From Nitrososphaera sp. (lineage in GTDB: Archaea > Thermoproteota > Nitrososphaeria > Nitrososphaerales > Nitrososphaeraceae): a stretch of DNA of 64,000 nucleotides. The notes beneath the pieces are model-generated. The model was given only the letters and a program-made list of their open reading frames with translations, had not been told where the DNA came from and made no database searches. Position numbers and translations under genes: made by a program. Shown here in pieces: positions 17,826 to 27,047 of the stretch. The DNA is taken from contig JBDUUL010000001.1 in the NCBI GenBank assembly GCA_039938515.1, positions 107,760-171,759 of the forward strand, given 5' to 3'. Position 1 is the stretch's first letter; each line of letters starts with the position of its first letter.

Positions 17826-18986
17826 TCAAGCCAGTATCGCCTCGACAATCTTGTCAATGGGGTCGTCCATGGAATTTAGTATGCGCAAGGCCCTGCGCTT
17901 CTGCGCAGTGCGGAGTCTCTCGCTTGTGAGGAAACCCCTTACGATTGAAAGCAGCTGCGCCGGACTCGACGCACGCCGGGATAGCCCTATTCGCTCAAGG
18001 TAAGTCTCGACGTAGAACTTGTGAGGCGCGATAGAGATCGTTGGCTTGCCCAAGAGGGCGGCTTCTGTGGTCATGGTTCCCCCTGCGCCGATAAACACGT
18101 CCGAACTCTGAATAAGTCTGGTGCCGTCGATTACCTGGTCGGGGACTTCTGCCCTATCGCTGAACCGCTTTTTCATTTCTTCGATCTGGTCAGAATACCT
18201 GCAAAGAATAATGACCTTTGCAGAGCTGGAGAACTTGTCAACAAGTTTGTCGATCATGTTCACGTCAATAACCAACCTCCTGTCGTGGATGTACGCTGCT
18301 TTTGATTCTTCAAGCCTGACAAGGATTGTCTTTCTCGATGGTGCGGGCACATTGTCGCTGTCCGGGGTTTTTGGCTCTGGGTGCGCCTCCAGCCGCTCTG
18401 TCCTTTTAATCCACGCCGCTGGGTCCAGAGCGTGATAGCGCGTAATCTTCTTGCGATCTATGCCAAAAACCGTCCAGGAAGAATATGGTATGACCCACGG
18501 CGTGAGAAGCCTGCTCATAAAAGGTACGGTGAGCCTGCAAACGGCTTCCGCGTGTGGCGAGTCACTTATACCGATGTACTTGATACCAAGTCCAAATGCG
18601 ACGCGGGCGCCTTCTGGCGACGAAAAGTTCACTGCCCGCTCGGGAGAAAAATTATTCACCGACTCTGCAAGCTCGTATGTCCTGCTGGCACTTGCGCGAA
18701 GCTTGGAGTAGCGGTCAGCCCCGCCGTGGCTGCCGATAATGGTCAGGTCAAGTTTCTTTATCTTTGCAAGCTCGACAGCCTCCCAGTACTGTCGAGACGT
18801 TACGAATACTTGATGGCCTGAACTTCTCAGCAATTTTATTGCAGGCTGAAAAAATAGCACCTGCTTGGGGGTCAATATGTCAAACCAGATACGCAAACAG
18901 GGTGTGATATCATTCTGCCATTGGAAAAACCTTTTCTTTAACCTTAATTGTAGATTATCGGTGGGCATGCGCGGAGGATTATCCAA
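17826..18986 (-). CDS. DUF354-like protein (GT-B / UDP-GlcNAc 2-epimerase-like fold)
   Basis: 386 aa. LRIWFDILTPKQVLFFQPAIKLLRSSGHQVFVTSR matches my recollection of the DUF354 N-terminus. The C-terminal GAGGTMTTEAALLGKPTI is GT-B-like. Confidence 0.6.
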   Translation of the reverse strand: MDNPPRMPTDNLQLRLKKRFFQWQNDITPCLRIWFDILTPKQVLFFQPAIKLLRSSGHQVFVTSRQYWEAVELAKIKKLDLTIIGSHGGADRYSKLRASASRTYELAESVNNFSPERAVNFSSPEGARVAFGLGIKYIGISDSPHAEAVCRLTVPFMSRLLTPWVIPYSSWTVFGIDRKKITRYHALDPAAWIKRTERLEAHPEPKTPDSDNVPAPSRKTILVRLEESKAAYIHDRRLVIDVNMIDKLVDKFSSSAKVIILCRYSDQIEEMKKRFSDRAEVPDQVIDGTRLIQSSDVFIGAGGTMTTEAALLGKPTISIAPHKFYVETYLERIGLSRRASSPAQLLSIVRGFLTSERLRTAQKRRALRILNSMDDPIDKIVEAILA

Positions 18987-18992
18987 GCTAAC

Positions 18993-20210
18993 TTGAGCTC
19001 CGGTCAGGCGCCCGCATCGGTCTCGGTGGCAGTTTATGGCCTCAGCACGGAAGGCTACAAACTTGCTTCTGCTATGGCGATCAGGGGTAACAAAGTCTCT
19101 CTCATTGACGAGTCAGTCAGGATGGCGATCGCGCTCAAGCCCGACATCGCAAGGGCGTATCCGAACGTCAGCGCCCTTCGGGAGGACGAGCCGCTGCTCG
19201 ACCTCGAGCCAGTGGATACCGCTGTGAGCAATGCCGCATACGTTTTCTTTGCGCCGCGGATTCGAAAAACTGGACCTGACTCGAAGGCAGACGTTTCGTC
19301 AAAGCTCAAGGATGCTGTCAAGTCGCTCAAGAAGGGTTCATCGGTGCTCTATCTGGTTCCAACTGGCATCGGGGGGAACAATGAGAACATGCAGCTTATC
19401 GAGCACATTACGGGGCTATCGGTGTCCGATGGCAAGGATGTCTCCTATTACTACATGCCCGCAGGAGTATCGGGAGGGCTAGGCAGCTCGGAGACCTGGA
19501 TAGGTTCGGTAAAGTCCAAACAGGACAGCATGCTTGCAAGGATGCTCCATGACCCTGACATCAGGAGGCGAATTTCGTTCCTGGATCTCAGTTCAACTGA
19601 ACTCTCACACGCAATCCGGGTCCTGAGCCATTATACTGGGATGGCCAGCGTTTTTGAGGTATGCAAGAAGGTAGCTCCCGACTATGCAGCGGGAGGCACC
19701 ATCCAAGCCTCTTATGGCGACATTTACATCGACGACGTGGCCAGCGGGTTGTACGACCTGCGCGCCATAGGCTCCTCCCTCGACAGCGGCGAGCCGCTAA
19801 TGTATCTGGTAAACGGCAGCATTAGGGGAGTAGACCGGTACCAGAAGCATCTTATCGACCAGATACGGCTGACTCTTCGGCAGCGGGAGCTGAAGGCGAG
19901 CAAGACCCGGGTTTCCTTAGCATGGACGCTTGACAGAAATGAGATGAGGGGCGACAAGATGGACCTGCTCTCTAGCATAGAGAACAAGATCAAGGACCAT
20001 ATTGGCGACGTAGAAAGGCATCAGTACACGCCTGCCCCTTCATTTGGAGGCTCGCAGAGCTCTTCAAAGTTTGACATGTACCACAGCGACAAGACCACGC
20101 TTGTTCTGGCGTGCTCTAAATCCGACTATGAAAGAGTTTCTTCGGGACCCAAAAGCGAGGAAGTGATAATTATGAAGGCCAATCCCCTATGCCAGTCCGT
20201 AAACGCTTAA
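18993..20210 (+). CDS. UDP-sugar dehydrogenase-like protein with a degenerate dinucleotide-binding motif
   Basis: 405 aa with a TTG start. The N-terminal VAVYGLSTEGYKLASAMA sits where GxGxxG would be. The three-part layout (Rossmann / helical / C-terminal Rossmann-like VSLAWTLDRNEMRGDKMDLLSSIENKI) resembles the UDPG/GDP-Man dehydrogenase family. Confidence 0.45.
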   Translation: MSSGQAPASVSVAVYGLSTEGYKLASAMAIRGNKVSLIDESVRMAIALKPDIARAYPNVSALREDEPLLDLEPVDTAVSNAAYVFFAPRIRKTGPDSKADVSSKLKDAVKSLKKGSSVLYLVPTGIGGNNENMQLIEHITGLSVSDGKDVSYYYMPAGVSGGLGSSETWIGSVKSKQDSMLARMLHDPDIRRRISFLDLSSTELSHAIRVLSHYTGMASVFEVCKKVAPDYAAGGTIQASYGDIYIDDVASGLYDLRAIGSSLDSGEPLMYLVNGSIRGVDRYQKHLIDQIRLTLRQRELKASKTRVSLAWTLDRNEMRGDKMDLLSSIENKIKDHIGDVERHQYTPAPSFGGSQSSSKFDMYHSDKTTLVLACSKSDYERVSSGPKSEEVIIMKANPLCQSVNA

Positions 20211-20602
20211 GCACGCGCGGAAAACGATCGAAGGCAGCCGGCACGAGGAGGCAGGATGCCGGTGTCGCAGTGATACTCTCGACGTTTGCAAGCGAAGAGG
20301 CGGCCTGTGCCGCCGCGCACGCCGTAATTAATCTCCGCCTCTGTGCGTGCGTCAACCTGCTGAATGTTCGCTCAATCTACAGGTGGAAGGGTCAGATCTG
20401 CGACGAGAGGGAAGTAGCGGCCTTTTTCAAGACTTCTTCCGACCGCGCAGATGTCCTGAGGGCCGCACTTCTCGAAATGCACCCGTACGAAGTGCCGGAG
20501 GTGCTTGAGCTTAGAACAGAATCTTCCTCTAAAGCCTACCTTGAGTGGGTAATAGAGTCATCTGATGGCATAGCGCAGCAGGGCGACAATTCCGCCCAGT
20601 GA
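20189..20602 (+). CDS. cutA: CutA1 divalent-cation tolerance protein
   Basis: VAVILSTFASEEAA...AHAVINLRLCACVNLL..VRSIYRWKGQI...E...FFKTS......L......HPYEVPEV is the canonical CutA pattern. The basic N-terminal extension suggests the real start may be further in. Confidence 0.85.
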   Translation: MPVRKRLSTRGKRSKAAGTRRQDAGVAVILSTFASEEAACAAAHAVINLRLCACVNLLNVRSIYRWKGQICDEREVAAFFKTSSDRADVLRAALLEMHPYEVPEVLELRTESSSKAYLEWVIESSDGIAQQGDNSAQ

Positions 20603-21628
20603 CGACACGCGCAGCCCAATGTCGGTCGACGAATCAACCGCGTACGTCTTTGCGGCCTGACCCTCTATCTTGTTTAGAAGACTTACCACCTGCTCCTCGT
20701 CCGCTCCTCTGAACACCGAGTCCGAAAAGACGACGGCTTCGATTGCCTTTGCCTCTGCTGCATTGGAAACCTCTTGTATGCCCATCGCGAACCGCGGTTC
20801 ACCCTTTTGAACCAGTAGCATTACCTTGTCCAGAAGTGCAGAAACGCCTGCAAGCTTGCTATCGTTCATGGCCTCCGACATTGCGCTCGAGCGCAGGAAT
20901 ACGAAAATCCCGTCCTCTCCTGCCACGTCGACGCCCTCAACCACTTTGAGCGTTGCCTTTTTTTCTTTGAATTCTTCCCTGCCTGCCAGGAAATTGTAAA
21001 GCCTGCGCCGTGTTTCCCCGGGACCAAAAATTATGACCGTGTCGCCCTCGACCAGCAACGTGGAAATCGTCTTTGCCACCTCTGCGAAAAAAGAATCCAA
21101 GGATACGACCTTTGTCTGGTAGCGCTTGCCGCTCTGGCCGGAGTATATGTTGGGGACAACCTTTACGTGGGTCCCTGAAACTCGCCCCACGGCTGCTTCC
21201 TGCGTATCTATTGCGACGAGCACAAACCCGGCGCCGCTTCCAGACCCCTTGAGCATCTTGATTTCGACGTCGCTCCAGCGCTTTTCCTTCTCTATGGTTA
21301 CAGGCTCGCCTGCCAGAATTGTCAGGGCATGGTGCGAGCCTCTTGTCACAAGCTCGTTGTCCGTGTCGGTAATCGTGCCTGCAATCCTCAACCGGTCGAC
21401 GGTCGAGTCAAGCTCTACCCGCTCAACACGAACCCTAATACGAACATGCACCCTTTCTCCACGGTCGGGGCGGCCGTATTCCTTTTCCTGCTTTAGCAGT
21501 CTTGTTGTATCTGCAATGACATAGTCGCCGGCGCGGACAACCCTCCTGAGCGTAAATAAATCGTCAGAATCGCCGGGCACCACGAAGAGCGCATTGCTTG
21601 AAGTGCCCCCCGTGGGCTTTACGATCAT
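20558..21628 (-). CDS. pelA: Pelota/Dom34 mRNA surveillance (no-go decay) factor
   Basis: 356 aa with an N-terminal Sm-like domain (DSDDLFTLRRVVRAGDYV) followed by eRF1-like central and C-terminal domains. Confidence 0.9.
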   Translation of the reverse strand: MIVKPTGGTSSNALFVVPGDSDDLFTLRRVVRAGDYVIADTTRLLKQEKEYGRPDRGERVHVRIRVRVERVELDSTVDRLRIAGTITDTDNELVTRGSHHALTILAGEPVTIEKEKRWSDVEIKMLKGSGSGAGFVLVAIDTQEAAVGRVSGTHVKVVPNIYSGQSGKRYQTKVVSLDSFFAEVAKTISTLLVEGDTVIIFGPGETRRRLYNFLAGREEFKEKKATLKVVEGVDVAGEDGIFVFLRSSAMSEAMNDSKLAGVSALLDKVMLLVQKGEPRFAMGIQEVSNAAEAKAIEAVVFSDSVFRGADEEQVVSLLNKIEGQAAKTYAVDSSTDIGLRVSSLGGIVALLRYAIR

Positions 21629-22122
21629 GATATGGGCTTTTCTTGATTGTGCAGTGCAGAGGCATTTGCGTGCCCTGAATCATTCTCGGCTTCAGAACCC
21701 TGAGGCTGAACGGACTTGAGGTATTCGTCGACCCATTCCTGCGTCAGCACGCCGGATTCTACAAGGTTGACAAGCGCATTAGGCGACGCGGTCCCCTGCA
21801 CCTTTCCGGAGCGCTTGCGCGTCTGTCTCCACTTTAGCTGGGTGTTTCCGCTTTTTGACGAATAAATTATGCCAAGAATCTCCTTCGCGTTTACAAACGT
21901 CATTTCCCTTATACGCTTGAGTGTGACCTTGTCCGCAGCCTCGATATAGATTGCGCCTGGTCCTTCCTCGCGCTCTGGAAAGACTTCAAAGTCCCTTAGG
22001 TAGCTTTCAGGTATAAATGACCTGCAAGTGCTGATTATGATAAATTTTCTAAAGCTCTCAAGTGACGCAGTAGTTTCTATTTCCACCATGTCAATTATGT
22101 GATTCATGTAGCCATTTATCAA
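21625..22122 (-). CDS. hypothetical protein, translationally coupled upstream of pelota
   Basis: 165-aa ORF. Its stop overlaps the pelota start by 4 nt. No motif recognised. Confidence 0.55.
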   Translation of the reverse strand: MINGYMNHIIDMVEIETTASLESFRKFIIISTCRSFIPESYLRDFEVFPEREEGPGAIYIEAADKVTLKRIREMTFVNAKEILGIIYSSKSGNTQLKWRQTRKRSGKVQGTASPNALVNLVESGVLTQEWVDEYLKSVQPQGSEAENDSGHANASALHNQEKPIS

Positions 22123-22248
22123 GCTTGTCAGAAGATTTGAAAAAAGTGGACAAACTCCTTACTCAAGATCTTCCTCACAGATCAGAAGGGCTAGTCATGT
22201 CATTGGTTGTCCACACCGGAGCGTACCCGGGCGAGAATAAGACCTTTT

Positions 22249-22728
22249 TTATGGACAGCAGGCTCCCCTTGGGACATCATGACCGTGGGGACACGTCAGC
22301 GGATGACGGAGGAGCGTGCACAAAGCGTCTGTAAATATGTCTTTCATGTGATGCTCTATTCCGCACACCATCTCCTCGTCTATATCTATGTGCAGCGCGT
22401 CTTTCATGAGCACTTCAAGGAGTCGGGTGTTTCTCATCATCTGCCTCCCTATATTATCGCCCTGCTCAGTAAGGTCTACGCTTCCCCGCTTGTAAACGAC
22501 AAGGCCAATCGAGTTGAGCTTGCGCAGCATCTGTACTACGGAAGGTTGTGTAACGTTTAGTAGCTTTGCGATGGAACTTACCTTCACTGTCTCGCCTTTT
22601 TCGCGGATGCACCAAATTGCCTTCAGGTACATCTCGACGTGTTCAGACTCGGCCGTGCCGACAAAAAGCTCTTCGTCGTACTTTGCCTTCGGGTTCTTTC
22701 TGTCCTTGCTAACAGCCGAGCTCTCCAA
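22249..22728 (-). CDS. DtxR/MntR/IdeR-family metal-dependent transcriptional repressor
   Basis: 159 aa. It has a winged HTH (SSIAKLLNVTQPSVVQMLRKLNSIGLV) and a metal-binding/dimerisation region (RLLEVLMKDALHIDIDEE...IEHHM...CPHGH). Confidence 0.88.
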   Translation of the reverse strand: MESSAVSKDRKNPKAKYDEELFVGTAESEHVEMYLKAIWCIREKGETVKVSSIAKLLNVTQPSVVQMLRKLNSIGLVVYKRGSVDLTEQGDNIGRQMMRNTRLLEVLMKDALHIDIDEEMVCGIEHHMKDIFTDALCTLLRHPLTCPHGHDVPRGACCP

Positions 22729-22777
22729 GGATAAAACCGAATTGCCCCTCGAATGCTATTAACCTTGTGCGAATCTG

Positions 22778-23605
22778 CTAGACCTGCAAATTGCGCTTCT
22801 TGGGGCTGCCAGAGCCCGCGGGTTCCTGGTCCTGGTTGACCGTGTCGTTCCAGAGGTATTGAAAGTATCCCTTGGCAAACCCTGCAAGGCCCGAATGGTC
22901 TGCCCAGATAGCAATCGGGTCCACCTCGCTCGTGCTGTCTGGAGCGTTTTCGCCAAGCAGGATAACGACGTGCTTGCCGTCGCCGATTACCCCCCCTCCA
23001 AAAAGACCGTCACGCAATCGCACCTCTGAGAACCTAGAGAGTGCCTTTATTGTATCTGGATTCATTTTCGCAGATACCAGAATCCTTATGCGTATCCCGC
23101 GCTCGTGCATGGAGCGGAGGATCGGCTGGAGCGGCTTTGTGAAATTCTCGGCCACCTGGGGTAGGGCAACCAGCAGTTCCTGCTGGCTGTTCTGAATGAC
23201 TTCATTCACTTTTGCTGCGATGTTAAAGACACCCCTGGCGACCCAGATTTCAGGCCTCTCTTTGATGCCGCTCTTGGTGTAGATAGGCATGAGCTCATTT
23301 ACAATACTCACCTGGCTCTCGCGAAAGCTCGTCTCAATTTTGGACTTTGTAACTTCAAGCGCGCTAGAAGGCGACTTGGGAAAAAACTGTTGCGGACGCG
23401 AGCTATCTGATTCCAGCCAGCCTTTCTCTTCAAGCGTGTTGAGTACCTCGTAAATTTTCGAATAGGGCACTCCGGACTTTTTGCTGATGTCCGAAGCAGT
23501 CATAGCGCCCGCCTCAAGAAGCGAAACATAAACCCTGATTTCATAGCCCGTAAGGCCCAGATGTTCCATAGCCTTGCGCGATTTTTCGCTTATGCTCAAA
23601 ATCAC
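22778..23605 (-). CDS. TrmB-family transcriptional regulator
   Basis: 275 aa. LGLTGYEIRVYVSLLEAGAMTASDISKKSGVPYSKIYEVLNTLEEKGWL is the TrmB wHTH. A C-terminal effector-like domain follows. Confidence 0.85.
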   Translation of the reverse strand: MILSISEKSRKAMEHLGLTGYEIRVYVSLLEAGAMTASDISKKSGVPYSKIYEVLNTLEEKGWLESDSSRPQQFFPKSPSSALEVTKSKIETSFRESQVSIVNELMPIYTKSGIKERPEIWVARGVFNIAAKVNEVIQNSQQELLVALPQVAENFTKPLQPILRSMHERGIRIRILVSAKMNPDTIKALSRFSEVRLRDGLFGGGVIGDGKHVVILLGENAPDSTSEVDPIAIWADHSGLAGFAKGYFQYLWNDTVNQDQEPAGSGSPKKRNLQV

Positions 23606-23770
23606 TTACCCTCTGCTCATGCTCTATATATCTACACTGAAAGGACGAGTATAAGGCAATCGACGACTAAGAGGATATGTCTGCTATCCATCTATTTACC
23701 TTTCACCGTAGTATTGGGTTAGGGTATCTTTAAATACAAAATGGAAATTCTGTCCGGTTAAGGTAGAATA

Positions 23771-25474
23771 ATGGATCTAATTCAGATTTCGAACACATCC
23801 AACAAGAGCATTGCTGCGCGTCGAACTATAAGATTTACGCAAAGCATCTGCCCTGACTGTAACATGATTTTGGATGCTGAGGTTTTCGAGAGGGATGGAA
23901 AAGTGTTTATGACAAAGACCTGCCCGTCCCACGGCGAATGTGAGGAGCTTTACTTTGGTTCCTACGAAATGTACAAGAAATTTAGCACTTACTGGATGGA
24001 TGGCAAGGGCGCCCAGGCACCCAATGTCATGATTGACAAATGTTCGTGCCCGAACAACTGTGGTCTCTGCACGAACCATCTTTCTCACTCCGGCCTTTCA
24101 AACATGATCATCACAAATCGCTGCGATCTCACATGCTGGTACTGCTTCTTTTACGTAAAGAAGGGGCTTGAGGGCGCTTACCTTTACGAGCCTAATACTG
24201 AACAGGTCAGGGCCATGATGAAAACCCTGAAAGCAGAGAAGCCGATAGCAGGAAACTCAATTCAGATAACCGGAGGCGAGCCAATGCTGCGCGACGACAT
24301 AACCGACATGATCAAGATCATGAAGGAAGAAGGCGTCGACCACGTCCAGCTCAATACAAACGGAATAAAACTGGCCATGTCTCCCGAGACAATGCGTCAG
24401 GTGAGAATGGCAGGTGTCAACAATCTGTACCTGTCGTTTGACGGCGTGACTCCGAGGACGAATCCGAAGAACCATTGGGAAATTCCATACACGCTGGAGT
24501 CAGCCCGGAAATGCGGCATGACCGTGGTGTTTGTCCCCACAGTAATCAAGTCGATTAATGACCACGAACTTGGCGGTATCATTCGTTTTGCACAAAAGAA
24601 CTTGGATGTTGTGCACGCCGTGAACTTCCAGCCGGTATCGCTCACTGGCAGAATGGGCAAGAAAGAACGCGAGAAGTACCGCATCACAATCCCTGATTGC
24701 ATAGAGCGCATCGAGGAGCAATCCAACGGCGAGATTTCAAAGGACTCTTGGTTCCCGGTGCCTTCCTGCATGCCAATGACTAACATCATTGAAGCATTCA
24801 GCAAGAAGCCCAAGTACGAGCTTTCAATTCACTTTGCCTGTGGTGCAGGAACTTATGTCTTTGAAGACATGGACACAAAGAAACTCATCCCGCTGACATC
24901 GTTTGTGGACATCAAGGGAGTGCTCGAATACTTTGAAGAAAAGGCCGATGACATCAAATCGGGTGCCAACAGGTATTGGACTATGCTTGAGGTTGTCAGA
25001 AAGCTCAAGCAATTCGTCAACAAGGAAAAGCAGCCCCGAGGTCTTGACTTGGCCAAGATGTTCTCGAGCATCCTGCTCAAGCGGAACTTTGACTCTGTGG
25101 GCTCTTGGCACGTGCGCTCTCTGTTCTTGGGCATGATGCACTTCCAAGACAAGTACAATGAAGACCTGGAAAGGCTGCAGCGCTGCGACATCCACTACCT
25201 GACGCCGGACCTGAGAATCATCCCATTCTGCGCATTCAATGTCATTCCCGAGTGGTACCGAGACCGAATCCAAAAGAAGTTCAGTATACCGGTTGAAGAC
25301 TGGGAAAAGGCTCACAACCAGACACTTGAGGCTGGGCTGTACCGCGGATTGATGCGTCGGGGCAAGCCCGAAGCCCAGATGGGCTGCGCCATGTCAGAGA
25401 TGCACAAGGCGGCTGCAGAAGCGGCAGACGAGCACAAGGGCATCGAACTGCGCAACAACATGGCCGGCGCCTAA
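23771..25474 (+). CDS. radical SAM enzyme, tetraether lipid synthase (Tes / GDGT-MAS)-like
   Basis: 567 aa. N-terminal CPDC...CPSHG is a rubredoxin-like site. CSCPNNCGLCTNH is an auxiliary cluster motif. NRCDLTCWYC is the CX3CX2C radical SAM motif. The radical SAM assignment is secure. The Tes assignment rests on remembered architecture only. Confidence 0.8.
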   Translation: MDLIQISNTSNKSIAARRTIRFTQSICPDCNMILDAEVFERDGKVFMTKTCPSHGECEELYFGSYEMYKKFSTYWMDGKGAQAPNVMIDKCSCPNNCGLCTNHLSHSGLSNMIITNRCDLTCWYCFFYVKKGLEGAYLYEPNTEQVRAMMKTLKAEKPIAGNSIQITGGEPMLRDDITDMIKIMKEEGVDHVQLNTNGIKLAMSPETMRQVRMAGVNNLYLSFDGVTPRTNPKNHWEIPYTLESARKCGMTVVFVPTVIKSINDHELGGIIRFAQKNLDVVHAVNFQPVSLTGRMGKKEREKYRITIPDCIERIEEQSNGEISKDSWFPVPSCMPMTNIIEAFSKKPKYELSIHFACGAGTYVFEDMDTKKLIPLTSFVDIKGVLEYFEEKADDIKSGANRYWTMLEVVRKLKQFVNKEKQPRGLDLAKMFSSILLKRNFDSVGSWHVRSLFLGMMHFQDKYNEDLERLQRCDIHYLTPDLRIIPFCAFNVIPEWYRDRIQKKFSIPVEDWEKAHNQTLEAGLYRGLMRRGKPEAQMGCAMSEMHKAAAEAADEHKGIELRNNMAGA

Positions 25475-25569
25475 GCTGGTCAACGGCTTCCCTCTACTAT
25501 TTTGTTAATTTTTGCTCTTTTTGAAAAGCAATAATTGCACGACTAGGAATTGTATATCTTGCGATCAGC

Positions 25570-25576
25570 TTAAATT
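25570..25576 (+). promoter_or_regulatory. TATA-like box for the M3-like peptidase gene
   Basis: ttaaatt lies 26 nt upstream of ATG 25602. Confidence 0.4.
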
Positions 25577-25601
25577 CAAAATGCCAGCTTTTTTTCAATA
25601 G

Positions 25602-27047
25602 ATGAAGCTCGAGCAATGGTGCAGGCTTGATGAGAGCATTTACGTGGCAGAGTCCGAGGAGCGGTACCTGCAGTATTCCGGACTTGGCGGGTCGGAGTCT
25701 GTAATCAAAAAGCTAGCGGAAATCAAGTCTGCAAACGCTGAATTGTTCTTGGAATCCTTCCAGGAGCCAAGAGAACTCTACCTGTTAGCAATAGAGAATA
25801 TCGCCGATGCCCGGACCAAGAAACTGGAGCTGGAGCTGTACAACCTGCGGAACAAAAAGATTTCAATGAAGGGTATCTCGTTCAGGAATTCTCCTCTGAA
25901 CTGGAGCAGCTGGAGGCAGTTTAACAGCACCCAAAAGGACTCGAGGGTTCGTAAAAGGGTCTTTGACGAGTTTATCCGGAAAACCCGGTTCATCTCCCCC
26001 ACAGTGCAAAAGCGGTTTGAGCAGATCGCTGCAAGCTATGAGGCTTCCTCCAAGGGGCGCATTTCTCCGCTGGAAGGCTACCTTCAAAACGAAAAAATCG
26101 GCCTTGCCGAGCTCACAGCGCTTGTAAAATCAATGGCAAATCGTGCACGCAAGCCCTTTCAGGAGATGCTTGAAGATAGTGGAAGGAGCGTACTCGGACG
26201 ACAAGCAGAGTATTATGACGACTTTTACTTTTTCCGCAACAGGGTCTTCAAAGAGTTTGAAGGAGCATTTGCAGGAATAAACCCTGTCGCCCTCGTAAAG
26301 CGAGTTCTGTCAAAAATGGATCTCGATTTGTCGCGGGTGCAATTTGATTCCCAAGACCGCAAAGACAAGTATCCTTCTCCAGTATGCTTTTTCATTCATA
26401 TCCCAACCGATATCCGGGTCCTTTTCAAATCCGAGAGTCCATATTTTGACCTTCAGGGATGCTTTCATGAAACAGGCCATGCAATGCACGCAAGCGCAAT
26501 CTCCGGCTCGCTTGAATACTGGAACCGATACGGCTTTTCGATGGGCGTTGCAGAAGTGTTCTCAATATTTCTCGAACGGCTCACAAAGAACGGGCGCTTC
26601 CTGTCTTCGATCGGAATAACAGACCAAAAGACTCTTGACGGTCTTCACGAGCGAAACCGCTTCATGGATCTCTTTTTTGTGACGTTTTATGCCGCCAACT
26701 CTATGATGAAGACAGAGTACTGGAGGAAAAACCTGTCCATCGAAGAAGCAAACGACTGTTATGCCAAGTACTACCAAAGGTATGTCGGGTTTGAAATGCC
26801 GGGGCAGTACTGGTTGCTCCACCACATCCTGCCAGACGCGGTAATGTATGTTCCCAGCTACTTGCTGGCGGCCGTCCGCGCGGCAGAGCTGGAATCGCGG
26901 ATGCGAGACCGGTTCGGAGAATTATGGTGGGACGAAAGGAAGGCCGGGCAATACCTTCGTGAGATTATGAGTGCCGGTGCGCAGATCAACCTATCAGAAT
27001 TTTCCAGACTTGATGCTGATATTTTTATGAGGGAGGCCGGAGCCTAG
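25602..27047 (+). CDS. M3-like (oligoendopeptidase F-like) zinc metallopeptidase
   Basis: 481 aa, mostly helical, with HETGHAMH (HExxH). The ATG is 26 nt downstream of ttaaatt (25570-25576). Confidence 0.6.
   Translation: MKLEQWCRLDESIYVAESEERYLQYSGLGGSESVIKKLAEIKSANAELFLESFQEPRELYLLAIENIADARTKKLELELYNLRNKKISMKGISFRNSPLNWSSWRQFNSTQKDSRVRKRVFDEFIRKTRFISPTVQKRFEQIAASYEASSKGRISPLEGYLQNEKIGLAELTALVKSMANRARKPFQEMLEDSGRSVLGRQAEYYDDFYFFRNRVFKEFEGAFAGINPVALVKRVLSKMDLDLSRVQFDSQDRKDKYPSPVCFFIHIPTDIRVLFKSESPYFDLQGCFHETGHAMHASAISGSLEYWNRYGFSMGVAEVFSIFLERLTKNGRFLSSIGITDQKTLDGLHERNRFMDLFFVTFYAANSMMKTEYWRKNLSIEEANDCYAKYYQRYVGFEMPGQYWLLHHILPDAVMYVPSYLLAAVRAAELESRMRDRFGELWWDERKAGQYLREIMSAGAQINLSEFSRLDADIFMREAGA

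Noticed and set aside
17661-17879. 72-aa plus-strand ORF
   Set aside because: It is the antisense translation of the tRNA-Gln gene and the 3' end of the DUF354-like gene.
18021-18821. Plus-strand ORFs 18021..18305, 18121..18435, 18381..18821 and 18451..18711
   Set aside because: All lie antisense within the DUF354-like CDS and overlap each other in different frames.
20558-20602. 45-nt 3'-end overlap of the convergent cutA and pelota genes as a possible antisense regulatory feature
   Set aside because: Short convergent overlaps are common in compact archaeal genomes, and nothing in the sequence indicates a special structure.
24257-25315. Several minus-strand ORFs (up to 163 aa) inside the radical SAM gene
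   Set aside because: The plus strand carries the CX3CX2C and auxiliary cluster motifs. The antisense frames have no features.
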